A DNA stretch of 64,000 nt from Verrucomicrobiota bacterium (GTDB lineage: Bacteria; Verrucomicrobiota; Lentisphaeria; Lentisphaerales; Lentisphaeraceae). The stretch lies in contig JBDKFG010000008.1 in NCBI GenBank assembly GCA_039798785.1, positions 1 to 64,000 on the forward strand, written 5' to 3'. Below the pieces are notes generated by a model that saw only the letters and a program-made list of their open reading frames with translations, made no database searches and had not been told where the DNA came from. This document shows positions 48,010 to 56,257 of the stretch, piece by piece. The stretch's first letter is position 1; each line of letters starts with the position of its first letter. The position numbers and the translations under genes are program-made.

Positions 48010-48472
48010 CTGCGGCCTCCGGTCGGGTTGGGGAAGGATCAGTGACGAGATTGACCGTGACGTTCAGGCGCTGTGCTGCGGCCAGAACCCGCATGATGCA
48101 GTCGTAGGGGACTTCTCGGCCCGCCTTGACCGAGACGATCGGGAGTCGCTCGCCGGGCAGGCGGCGCCCCTTGATCACGGAAGAGAGCTGGTAGTCGAGA
48201 TCGCTCCACTGGACGCGCCGGGCGTTGAAGAGGCAGATAGCCTCGTCAGGGCTGTTTCTGCTCTTGTCCTGCGGCATCGAGATGACGATGACCAGGCGTT
48301 CGGCGGCGAGGCTGCTGCCACCCTGGACCTTGGGCAGATTGACTTGGAAGCCGTGCTGGAAGTCGAAGGACATGGCGAGGATGAAGATGAAGGCCGCGTA
48401 GAAAAACACGCTCATGAAGGCCGCGGTGTCGAGGCGTCCGGTGAAAAGCTGCAGGCGTGTGCGGTAGCGCAT
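47996..48472 (-). CDS. exbD: ExbD/TolR family protein
   Basis: TM followed by 'GFQVNLPK' and 'VSVKAGREVPYDCIMRVL'; downstream of ExbB. Confidence 0.8.
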   Translation of the reverse strand: MRYRTRLQLFTGRLDTAAFMSVFFYAAFIFILAMSFDFQHGFQVNLPKVQGGSSLAAERLVIVISMPQDKSRNSPDEAICLFNARRVQWSDLDYQLSSVIKGRRLPGERLPIVSVKAGREVPYDCIMRVLAAAQRLNVTVNLVTDPSPTRPEAAGAAD

Positions 48473-48538
48473 ATCAGGTGTTTTAGGGGTTTGAGGGGTT
48501 TGAGGAGTTGGAAGGGATCGAGGAGCTCAAATGCTGCT

Positions 48539-48636
48539 CGACCCCGAAGTGGGTCGGTGATTTTAGCCCAGGGTTGAGTCGCATCGGCGACACCCTGGGT
48601 TAGAAGCCGTGATGATTTCTGACCCTGAAGAGGTCG
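48539..48636. repeat. Multi-hairpin REP-like element of the type associated with IS200/RAYT (Y1) transposases
   Basis: CGACCC-cgaagt-GGGTCG, TAGCCCAGGGT...ACCCTGGGTTA, GACCCTGAAGAGGTC. Confidence 0.6.
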
Positions 48637-48674
48637 AAGGAGGCGTCCTGGGCTCGGGGAATTTAGGTTTGAGT

Positions 48675-49325
48675 TCAGACGCCGGGCTTATCGTTTTCAA
48701 CCTTGATGGCGTTATGGGTGAGGAAGTAGACGATTTCCGAGGCGGCCATGTTCATCTCGTTGATGATCGCCTGGACGCGGGTGACCAGGTAGTTGTAGAA
48801 CAGGTAGCTGGGGATGGCGACGATCAGGCCGGAGGCAGTGCAGATCAGAGCCGACTCCATGAAGGGGGCCATCGAGCTGAGGTTGATGGCGGCGGCGCCG
48901 CGTATGTGGCCGAAGGCCTGGATCATGCCTACCACGGTGCCAAGAAGGCCCAGCAGGGGGGCGATCTGGGCGATGGTGGCGAGAGCGGGGATGTTGCGTT
49001 CGAGGCGGGCGATTTCGACTTGCGTGACTTCATCGACGGCTTGGACGATGTCTTTTTCGGAAGCGCCGTTGCGGAGGATGGCGGCGCGGACGAGGTGGGC
49101 CACCGGACCCGGGGTGTCGTCGCAGATCGACACCGTTTCGACCAGGTTGTTGCGCTTCAGGTTGTTGAAGATGCCTTCGAGGAAGTCGCGGGTGTCGATC
49201 TGGCAGCGGTGGAAGTGAAAGAGTCGTTCGACGGTGATGAAGAGGGCGGCGGCGGCGAGGGCGATGATCGCCCAGATCACACCGGGGTCGTGCTTGAAGA
49301 CTTCGAGAAGACGTTCGAGGGTCAT
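48675..49325 (-). CDS. exbB: MotA/TolQ/ExbB proton channel
   Basis: 'LATIAQIAPLLGLLGTVVGMIQAF', 'ALICTASGLIVAIPS'. Confidence 0.92.
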   Translation of the reverse strand: MTLERLLEVFKHDPGVIWAIIALAAAALFITVERLFHFHRCQIDTRDFLEGIFNNLKRNNLVETVSICDDTPGPVAHLVRAAILRNGASEKDIVQAVDEVTQVEIARLERNIPALATIAQIAPLLGLLGTVVGMIQAFGHIRGAAAINLSSMAPFMESALICTASGLIVAIPSYLFYNYLVTRVQAIINEMNMAASEIVYFLTHNAIKVENDKPGV

Positions 49326-49338
49326 GGCTGGCTCCTGG

Positions 49339-50874
49339 TCAGGCGAAGGGGCTGACGAGCTTCATCGCCTGCGGGATGAGCTCGGGCATGTCGTCGGCGG
49401 CGAGGCCGCGGATGCCGTGGGGGGAGAGTTCGCCGGCGAGGCCGTGGATGAAGACGGCGATGCGGACCGCGGCGCTGAGATCGGATTCGATCGCGGCATA
49501 GGCGCCGATCAGTCCGGCGAGGACGTCGCCGGAGCCGGCAGTGGCGAGGGCGGAGGAGCCCGAGCTGTTGATCCAGCGGCGGCCGTCGGGCGTGATGATG
49601 CGCGAGTTCTGGCCCTTGAAGACGAAGACGGCGCCGAGCAGCTTGGCGAGCTCACCGGCCTGCTCCTCGGGGTCGATGCTGGAGATGCCGAATTCCTGAG
49701 CCAGGCGCTTGAGCTCGCCGGCATGAGGGGTGAGGCAGACCGGCGCGCTGCGTGGAAAGAGGGCGCGCAGGGGATGGATGTGGGCGAGAGCGCCGGCGTC
49801 GAGCACAACTTTCTTGTCGGAGCGGAGCACCGCCTCGATGACGCCGCGTTCCTCGGCGGCGCCGCTGAGACCTGGGCCGACGACGACGCTGTGGGCACGG
49901 GCCAGGGGCTTGCCGAGAAGGGGCAGATGCGAAGCGGCCAGGGTCAGTCCGTCGCCGGGAAGCGGGATCTGCACCAGCGCCGAGTGAGTGTTCGAGACGG
50001 TGACGATGGCTGAGGAAGGACGGGCGAGGGTGACCATGCCGGCGCCGCCGCGGAGGGCGGCGGCCGCGGCGAGCAGAGGCGCACCGGAGAACTGCGAGCT
50101 GCCGCCAATGACCAGGACGTCGCCGCAGTCGTACTTGTGCCAATGCGAGGGGCGGCGGCGGATCAGAGGACAGACGTCCGGAGTGAAGAGGGCTTCGCCT
50201 TCCGAAGGAGCCAGCTCCAACAAGTGCGAAGGAAAGCCGATGTCGACGCAGCGAAGGCGGCCGGTGTGCCGGGGGCCGTCGCCGGCGAAATAGCCCCGTT
50301 TAGGCAGGCCGATGGCGATGGTCAGGTCGGCAACCACCGCCGCCCCCATGGCGAGACCGCTGCTGCCGTTCAGACCGGAGGCGATGTCGACGGCGACCAC
50401 CGGCAGGCCGGAGGCGTTCAGATCGTGAATCATTCCGAGATAGGGCTGGCGGACCGGACGGTTGACGCCGGTGCCGAAGATGCAGTCGACGACGATGTCG
50501 CCGCGGCGCAGGTGTTCGCTGAGGAAGGAGACTCGTTCGAACTGGACATCGCCGGAGGCCAGGAGGGCGCGGGCCTTGTCTTCGGCGTCGGACTTGAGTT
50601 GTTCGATCGAATGGGAGCAATAAACCGCGACGGGCCAGCGCTTCATCTCGGCGAGGAGGCGGGCGATGACGAAGCCGTCGCCGCCGTTGTTGCCCTTGCC
50701 GCAGACGACGACGACGCGCAGGGCGTGGTCAGGGTGGATGGTGTCGAGGAAATGACAGATTTCGCGCGCGGCGGCGGCGCCGGCGCGCTCCATCAGCTCG
50801 GCTGAGCTGAGGTAGCCGCCGGAAATGGTTCCTTCATCGATGTCGCGCATCGCTTCGGCAGTGACGATCTTCAT
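49339..50874 (-). CDS. nnr: Bifunctional NAD(P)H-hydrate epimerase/dehydratase
   Basis: 'LMERAG', 'CGKGNNGGDG', 'VDCIFGTG', 'VGPGL', 'LTPHAGE', 'LATAGSGDVLAG'. Confidence 0.95.
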   Translation of the reverse strand: MKIVTAEAMRDIDEGTISGGYLSSAELMERAGAAAAREICHFLDTIHPDHALRVVVVCGKGNNGGDGFVIARLLAEMKRWPVAVYCSHSIEQLKSDAEDKARALLASGDVQFERVSFLSEHLRRGDIVVDCIFGTGVNRPVRQPYLGMIHDLNASGLPVVAVDIASGLNGSSGLAMGAAVVADLTIAIGLPKRGYFAGDGPRHTGRLRCVDIGFPSHLLELAPSEGEALFTPDVCPLIRRRPSHWHKYDCGDVLVIGGSSQFSGAPLLAAAAALRGGAGMVTLARPSSAIVTVSNTHSALVQIPLPGDGLTLAASHLPLLGKPLARAHSVVVGPGLSGAAEERGVIEAVLRSDKKVVLDAGALAHIHPLRALFPRSAPVCLTPHAGELKRLAQEFGISSIDPEEQAGELAKLLGAVFVFKGQNSRIITPDGRRWINSSGSSALATAGSGDVLAGLIGAYAAIESDLSAAVRIAVFIHGLAGELSPHGIRGLAADDMPELIPQAMKLVSPFA

Positions 50875-50991
50875 GGGGGGCTCCTTGCGAAATGAGACTT
50901 GGAATCCACCTATTCTACACCGCGAAGCGAGGCATCGCCGCTCTCCCGGATTACATTCTCTCGAATGAACCAGTTCAGGAGACGGATTCCC

Positions 50992-51501
50992 ATGACGGCG
51001 AGCGGCAGGAAAGAGTTGAAGGCGGTCACTGTCTGGTGCGACGGAGCCTGCAAGGGGAACCCCGGGCCAGGCGGCTACGGCGCCATACTCCTCTCAGGGG
51101 ACAAGCGCAAGGAGCTCTCCGCCGGCTACCGCCGCACCACCAACAACCGGATGGAGATGCTCGGCTTGATCATTTCCCTGGAAACCCTCAAGTTTCCTTG
51201 CCGGGTGACGGTCTACAGCGATTCCAAATACGTTGTCGACAGCCTGAACCTGGGCTATCCCCGGCGCTGGCGCCAGAACGGCTGGAAACTCGCGGACAAG
51301 AAGCCGGCCAAGAATGTCGACCTCTGGCAGCGACTCCTCGACCAGGTCGAGCGCCACCAGGTCGAGCTCCATTGGGTCAAAGGCCACGCCGGCACCGAGC
51401 TTAACGAAGCCGTCGATCAGCTTGCCAACCTGGCCATCAAAAACACTTCGGCCCTGCTGATCGACGAGGCCTTCGAGAAAGAGACGGATCTCTTCGGGTA
51501 G
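50992..51501 (+). CDS. rnhA: Ribonuclease HI
   Basis: 'DGACKGNPGPGGYG', 'TTNNRME', 'DSKYV', 'KNVDLW', 'WVKGHAG...NE.VD.LA'. Confidence 0.96.
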   Translation: MTASGRKELKAVTVWCDGACKGNPGPGGYGAILLSGDKRKELSAGYRRTTNNRMEMLGLIISLETLKFPCRVTVYSDSKYVVDSLNLGYPRRWRQNGWKLADKKPAKNVDLWQRLLDQVERHQVELHWVKGHAGTELNEAVDQLANLAIKNTSALLIDEAFEKETDLFG

Positions 51502-51635
51502 ATTCGGCAGATGATCAGAGACACGAGCCCCATCACGCAAGGCCGCCGGTTTCACCATGACGACAACTAGCCTCGCGCCTGCATGGTGCTATTTTCCCCT
51601 TCTGACATCAACCCCAGAGCCCGGGAGCCCCGCAA

Positions 51636-52829
51636 ATGAGCGCCGCTTTGACTAAGCAAGACTTCGCCGAGTACATAGTCCCCACCTATAAGCCCGCCAT
51701 CCTGATGAAGCGCGGCATGGGCTGCCGCCTCTGGGACGACGCCGGCCAGGAATATCTCGACTTCGCCGCCGGCATCAGCGTCTGCAACCTCGGCCACTGC
51801 CACCCCGGCGTGACCGCCGCCATCGCCCGCCAGGCCGCCACCCTCGTCCATACCTCCAACGTCTTCATGAACGAGAACGCTCCCGAGCTGGCCAAGCAGA
51901 TCGTCCGCCACAGCTTCGACGGCAAGGTCTTCTTCTCCAACTCCGGCGCCGAGGCCAACGAAGGGATGATCAAGGCCGCCCGCCGCTGGGGCTGGGCTCA
52001 TGGCGGCCGCCATGACATCATCTGCCTGCACGACTCCTTCCACGGCCGCACCCTCGCCGCCCTCGCCGCCACCGGCCGCGCCAAATACCGCGAAGGCTTC
52101 GGCCCCGACATGGCCGGCTTCACCCACGTCCCCGCCAACGACCTCGCCGCCGTCGAAGCCGCAATCACCGAGAAAACCGTCGCCATCATGTGCGAATCCA
52201 TCCTCGGCGAAGGCGGCGTCCTGCCCCTCACCGACGACTACCTGCGCGCCCTCCGCAAACTCTGCGATGACCGCAATCTCCTCCTCCTCGCCGACGAAGT
52301 TCAGGCCGGCATGGGCCGCACCGGCAAATGGTGGGGCTGGCAGCACAGCGACATCACCCCCGACATCATGTCCTTCGCCAAGGGCATCGGCAACGGCTTC
52401 CCCTTGGGCGGCTTCGTCCTCGGCCGCCACCTCGACGGCACCCTGCCCTATCTGTCGCACGGCACCACCTACGGCGGCAACGCCCTCGCCACCGCCGCCG
52501 GCCTGGCGGTGATGAGCGCGATGGAAAGCGAAGGCGTGATCGACAACGTCCACCGCGTCAGCGCCCGCATCTTCGAACGCCTCAACGGCCTCCGCGAGCG
52601 CTTCCCGAAACTGATCACCGAAGTCCGCGGCCGCGGCCTGATGATCGGCATCGAGATCACCAAGACCCCCGCCGACATCGTCGCCGCCGCACGCGCCAAA
52701 CACCTGCTCATCCTCGCCGCCGGCGACAAGGCCCTCCGCCTCCTGCCGCCCCTCAACATCTCGCTCGCCGACGCCGACAAGGCCATCGACGTGCTCGAAG
52801 GCGTGCTCGCGGAAGCCGCGAAGAACTGA
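51636..52829 (+). CDS. argD: Acetylornithine aminotransferase
   Basis: 'LGHCHP', 'FSNSGAEANE', 'SFHGRT', 'ADEVQAGMGRTG', 'AKGIGNGFP', 'HGTTYGGN'; upstream of argF. Confidence 0.93.
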   Translation: MSAALTKQDFAEYIVPTYKPAILMKRGMGCRLWDDAGQEYLDFAAGISVCNLGHCHPGVTAAIARQAATLVHTSNVFMNENAPELAKQIVRHSFDGKVFFSNSGAEANEGMIKAARRWGWAHGGRHDIICLHDSFHGRTLAALAATGRAKYREGFGPDMAGFTHVPANDLAAVEAAITEKTVAIMCESILGEGGVLPLTDDYLRALRKLCDDRNLLLLADEVQAGMGRTGKWWGWQHSDITPDIMSFAKGIGNGFPLGGFVLGRHLDGTLPYLSHGTTYGGNALATAAGLAVMSAMESEGVIDNVHRVSARIFERLNGLRERFPKLITEVRGRGLMIGIEITKTPADIVAAARAKHLLILAAGDKALRLLPPLNISLADADKAIDVLEGVLAEAAKN

Positions 52830-52841
52830 GTGCTTGCCTTC

Positions 52842-52869
52842 AATTCTTAATTCTTAATTCTTAATTCTT
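52842..52869. repeat. (AATTCTT)4 heptamer array
   Basis: Perfect tandem 7-mer in the argD-argF spacer. Confidence 0.9.
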
Positions 52870-52884
52870 AACTGAGCACCCCCC

Positions 52885-53784
52885 ATGAAAGACCTGATGA
52901 ACCTCGGCGACCTCGGCGCCGACAAGCTTGCCCAAGTGCTCGAACTCGCCGCCTGGATGAAGAAGAACCGCGGCAAGGAGCAGAAGGCCCTCGCCGGCAA
53001 GTCGATCGGCCTGATCTTCCTGAAGTCATCGACCCGCACCCGCGTCTCCTTCGAGGTCGGCGTCAACGAACTCGGCGGCTCGCCCCTCTACCTCGACAGC
53101 AACGGCCTCCAGCTCGGCCGCGGCGAGTCCTATGAAGACACCGCCCGCGTCCTCTCCCGCTACCTCCACGGCATCGTCATCCGCGGCCACGCCCACGACC
53201 AGATCGCCGCCTTCGCCAAGGAATGCTCGGTCCCCGTCATCAACGCCCTCACCGACCGCTTCCACCCCTGCCAGCTCCTCGCCGACCTGCAGACCGTGAT
53301 CGAGAAGTTCGGCCACCTCAAGGGCCTGCGCGTCAGCTTCCTCGGCGACACCGCCTGCAACATGGGCAACTCCTGGATCCTCGCCTCGCAGCTCTGCGGC
53401 TTCGAACTCCGCCTCGGCGGACCCAAGGGCTACCAGCCCGACTTCTCACAACTGCCCGCCTGGGTCGATACCTCCAAGATCATCGTCACCGACGACCCCG
53501 TCGCCGCCGTCAAGGACTGCCACGTCGTCAACACCGACACCTGGGTGTCGATGGGCTTCGAGGCCGAAGCCGCCGATCGTCTCAAGGCCCTCGCCCCCTT
53601 CCAGCTCAACGCCGAGCTCCTCGCCCACGCCGACAAGTCGGCCATCGTCATGCACTGCCTGCCCGCCTACCGCGGCAAGGAAGTCACCGCCGAAGTCCTC
53701 GACGGCCCCCGTTCCGTGATCTGGGACGAAGCGGAAAACCGCCTCCACGCCCAGAAGGCGCTGATGGCGACGCTGTTCAAGTGA
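52885..53784 (+). CDS. argF: Ornithine carbamoyltransferase
   Basis: 'KSSTRTRVSFE', 'HPCQ', 'DTWVSMG', 'HCLP', 'AENRLH'. Confidence 0.96.
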   Translation: MKDLMNLGDLGADKLAQVLELAAWMKKNRGKEQKALAGKSIGLIFLKSSTRTRVSFEVGVNELGGSPLYLDSNGLQLGRGESYEDTARVLSRYLHGIVIRGHAHDQIAAFAKECSVPVINALTDRFHPCQLLADLQTVIEKFGHLKGLRVSFLGDTACNMGNSWILASQLCGFELRLGGPKGYQPDFSQLPAWVDTSKIIVTDDPVAAVKDCHVVNTDTWVSMGFEAEAADRLKALAPFQLNAELLAHADKSAIVMHCLPAYRGKEVTAEVLDGPRSVIWDEAENRLHAQKALMATLFK

Positions 53785-53800
53785 GCCTTCTTCCCGGGAG

Positions 53801-53829
53801 CCCCGCATGCCGATGCGGGGTTTTTGTTT
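53801..53829 (+). terminator. Rho-independent terminator of argD-argF
   Basis: CCCCGCAT-gccg-ATGCGGGG followed by TTTTTGTTT. Confidence 0.85.
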
Positions 53830-53854
53830 CCTGGGAGCGCCGGCTGCCAGCCGG
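53830..53854. repeat. REP-like palindrome, inverted relative to the 55012..55232 array
   Basis: CCTGGGAGCGCCGGCTGCCAGCCGG is the exact reverse complement of CCGGCTGGCAGCCGGCGCTCCCAGG. Confidence 0.9.
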
Positions 53855-53890
53855 CCGGAGGTTTTCGGCTTTAACGATGAGGTATACATC

Positions 53891-54418
53891 ATGAATTTTC
53901 AAGCTCACACTCGAGATAATACTCTTGAAGTCGTTCTTTTAGTTTTGAATTTGTTTGTCGTTCTTTGTGCCGATTCATTTGTGGTTTCTTTGTATGAACA
54001 TGGGCTTCCTCCATGTGGAAATGACGGCGCATATTTAATCGCAGGCTACCTTCCATTGTTTTTCTTCTTCACTATATATTCAAGCATTCATCAATTAAAT
54101 CGGTGTTTTTTATATTATAAAAGCAAAAAATTATCGTTTTTAACCTTTCTAATAATTCTAAATATTGTAGTCATTATATTATCTAATACTCAATTGTTTA
54201 TTGGCGGATTATTAATGGTTATTATGTTCTCGTTTTGCACCCCACTACTAGTTGTTTCCTTAATAATAACATCTTTGGTTGTAGGCACTTTTATAGTTAA
54301 TAAAAAAGTGTTTGAAATTATAAAACTCGATCTTCGATTTTCTTGGTCTCGAATCGGGATTTCTGTTCTGATCGGATTTTTGTTATTTGTCCTTCTTTAT
54401 CCCTATCGAGGAACGTGA
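53891..54418 (+). CDS. Very AT-rich hypothetical multi-TM protein, paralog 1
   Basis: GAGGT RBS, MNFQAH...; 'DSFVVSLYEHG'; ends 'LRFSWSRIGISVLIGFLLFVLLYPYRGT'. Confidence 0.75.
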   Translation: MNFQAHTRDNTLEVVLLVLNLFVVLCADSFVVSLYEHGLPPCGNDGAYLIAGYLPLFFFFTIYSSIHQLNRCFLYYKSKKLSFLTFLIILNIVVIILSNTQLFIGGLLMVIMFSFCTPLLVVSLIITSLVVGTFIVNKKVFEIIKLDLRFSWSRIGISVLIGFLLFVLLYPYRGT

Positions 54419-54420
54419 TT

Positions 54421-54987
54421 ATGGACAATTCCGAAAGACAGAATCAAGAATTAGTCATTAATTCTTGGGCTCGTAAGCAACATAATATTATGCGAGAATT
54501 TACCCTCTTAGGTTTTAATATTTTTGTTTTGTTTATTGTTGATTCATATATGAGTTCTTTGTATGAACATGGGCGATCATGTTATGGAATTGATATATTG
54601 GATTTGATTCCATATTTATTTATTTTTTGCTTTTATTCAAATGTTTATCAACTCGATCGGTCATTAAAACTTAAGAATGAATTTTTTGCCGTTACATCTA
54701 CTTTAATTTTATTGAATTGGTCCTTATTGTTATTCATCTATTTTGGAAACATTTTTTCGCATCTTAGAATTTCTGAATATTACTATATTTTATTCTTAAT
54801 TTTCGCTCTTATTTTTTCTTTTGAAGGCTTCTTTTATTTTGCATTTATGTGCATTGCATTTTTTATTCATCGCCGTTATTTTCAATGTTATTATCTCGAA
54901 CTTCGATTTTCTTGGTCTCGAATCGGGATTTCTGTTCTCATCGGATTTTTGTTATTTGTTCTGCTCTACCCCTACAGAGGAACATAA
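54421..54987 (+). CDS. Very AT-rich hypothetical multi-TM protein, paralog 2
   Basis: MDNSERQ...; 'DSYMSSLYEHG'; same last 28 aa as paralog 1. Confidence 0.75.
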   Translation: MDNSERQNQELVINSWARKQHNIMREFTLLGFNIFVLFIVDSYMSSLYEHGRSCYGIDILDLIPYLFIFCFYSNVYQLDRSLKLKNEFFAVTSTLILLNWSLLLFIYFGNIFSHLRISEYYYILFLIFALIFSFEGFFYFAFMCIAFFIHRRYFQCYYLELRFSWSRIGISVLIGFLLFVLLYPYRGT

Positions 54988-55011
54988 AGCCAGACGTGAC
55001 GAGCAACAAAA

Positions 55012-55232
55012 CAACCGGCTGGCAGCCGGCGCTCCCAGGGAGCTACATCGAACACAGCGGCAGAGGACTGCCGCGTTCCCAGAATAACCAACCGGCTGGC
55101 AGCCGGCGCTCCCAGGGAGCTACATCGAACACAGCGGCAGAGGAGGACTGCCGCGTTCCCAGAATAACCAACCGGCTGGCAGCCGGCGCTCCCAGGGAGC
55201 TACATCGAACAACACAGCGGCAGAGCGCTGCC
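55012..55232. repeat. BIME-like tandem array, ~3 units of 77-80 bp, each with two REP-like palindromes
   Basis: Units start at 55012, 55089 and 55169. Each has CCGGCTGGCAGCCGG-CGCTCCCAG and GCGGCAG..CTGCCGC-GTTCCCAG (the second is degenerate in unit 3). Confidence 0.92.
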
Positions 55233-55384
55233 ACTTCATCGGCTCAGCTCTTCAGCTTGACCGTGTCAGCTGGGCGCAGTAGACTGGGACGAGGCCGATA
55301 ACCGCCTTCGCGCCGAACCGCCCTGGATGGCGACGCTGTTCCAACAAGGCCTCCACGCACCGCAACAAACAGGACCAGACTGCC

Positions 55385-56209
55385 ATGGCCAGCCCCTTCG
55401 ACATCGTCTCTTCATCGCCTGAACCCTTCAAGGGCAAGTCCCTATTCGTCGCCACGCCGATGTATGGCGGCCAGTGCTTCTACGGCTACATGCGCGGAGT
55501 GATGGAAGTCCAGCGCATTTGCATCCGTGAGAAGATCGGCTTCCAGATGGAGGCCATCCTCGGCAGCTCGATCATCACTTCGGCGCGCAATTCCCTGGTC
55601 GAGAAATTTCTCGAGAGCAAGGCGACGCACCTGCTCTTCCTCGACGCCGACATCGGCTTCCAAGCACACGACGTCTTCCAGCTTCTCGCCTTTGACAAGG
55701 ACATCATCGGGGCCACCTACCCGAAGAAGTTGATGGACTGGCATGCCATCCACCGTGCCGCCCATGAAGGGGGCATCAGCCGCAAGGATGCCGCCAAACT
55801 GCGCTTTGCCGCGGCGCCGATCGCCTGGCGCCCCTTGAAAGGGAAGAGCTTCAACATCGGCGGGAAGGATCCTGTCGCAGTCGAAACCCTGCCGACCGGC
55901 TTCATGATGATCAAGCGCGAAGTCATCCTCAAGTTCCTCGAAGTCTTCCCTGATCGCTACATGAAGAACGGCAAGAAAAAGACGCCGCTGATCTTCGACT
56001 TCCACTTCGACCAGGCGACCCATGAGTACTGGGGTGAAGATTATCACTTCTGCCGGGAATGGATCGCCATGGGAGGCACCATTCTCTGCTGCCCATGGAT
56101 GAAGCTGGGACACACCGGCACTTACGAGTTCCAGGGCGACCTTATCGAGACCCTGATGAGCGACAGCAGCATTCAGAAGACGCCCAACCCCGCGCTCGAC
56201 AAGGCTTAG
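55385..56209 (+). CDS. GT-A-like putative glycosyltransferase of a family frequent in phage genomes
   Basis: 'LFVATPMYGGQC', 'SIITSARNSLVEKFL...THLLFLDADIGF' (DxD), 'GATYPKK', 'TGFMMIKREV', 'GEDYHFC', 'PWMKLGHTG'. Confidence 0.75.
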   Translation: MASPFDIVSSSPEPFKGKSLFVATPMYGGQCFYGYMRGVMEVQRICIREKIGFQMEAILGSSIITSARNSLVEKFLESKATHLLFLDADIGFQAHDVFQLLAFDKDIIGATYPKKLMDWHAIHRAAHEGGISRKDAAKLRFAAAPIAWRPLKGKSFNIGGKDPVAVETLPTGFMMIKREVILKFLEVFPDRYMKNGKKKTPLIFDFHFDQATHEYWGEDYHFCREWIAMGGTILCCPWMKLGHTGTYEFQGDLIETLMSDSSIQKTPNPALDKA

Positions 56210-56257
56210 ACCCGCCTCTAGAAACGCCATCCATTCCGCAAACCCCGGGAATCCGCC

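Noticed and set aside
53807..53890. Upstream extensions of ORF-track calls (also 45261..45482, 58465..58608, 60666..60917)
   Set aside because: They run through terminators, REP/MITE sequence or promoters; later ATG starts fit better.
54326..54987. DGR repeat pair or integron attC sites at the shared 3' ends
   Set aside because: Differences are almost all synonymous, the repeat is coding, and no attC structure or integrase is visible.
55012..55232. CRISPR array
   Set aside because: The intervening sequences are near-identical rather than unique spacers, the units are palindromic REP-like motifs, and there are no cas genes in the window.
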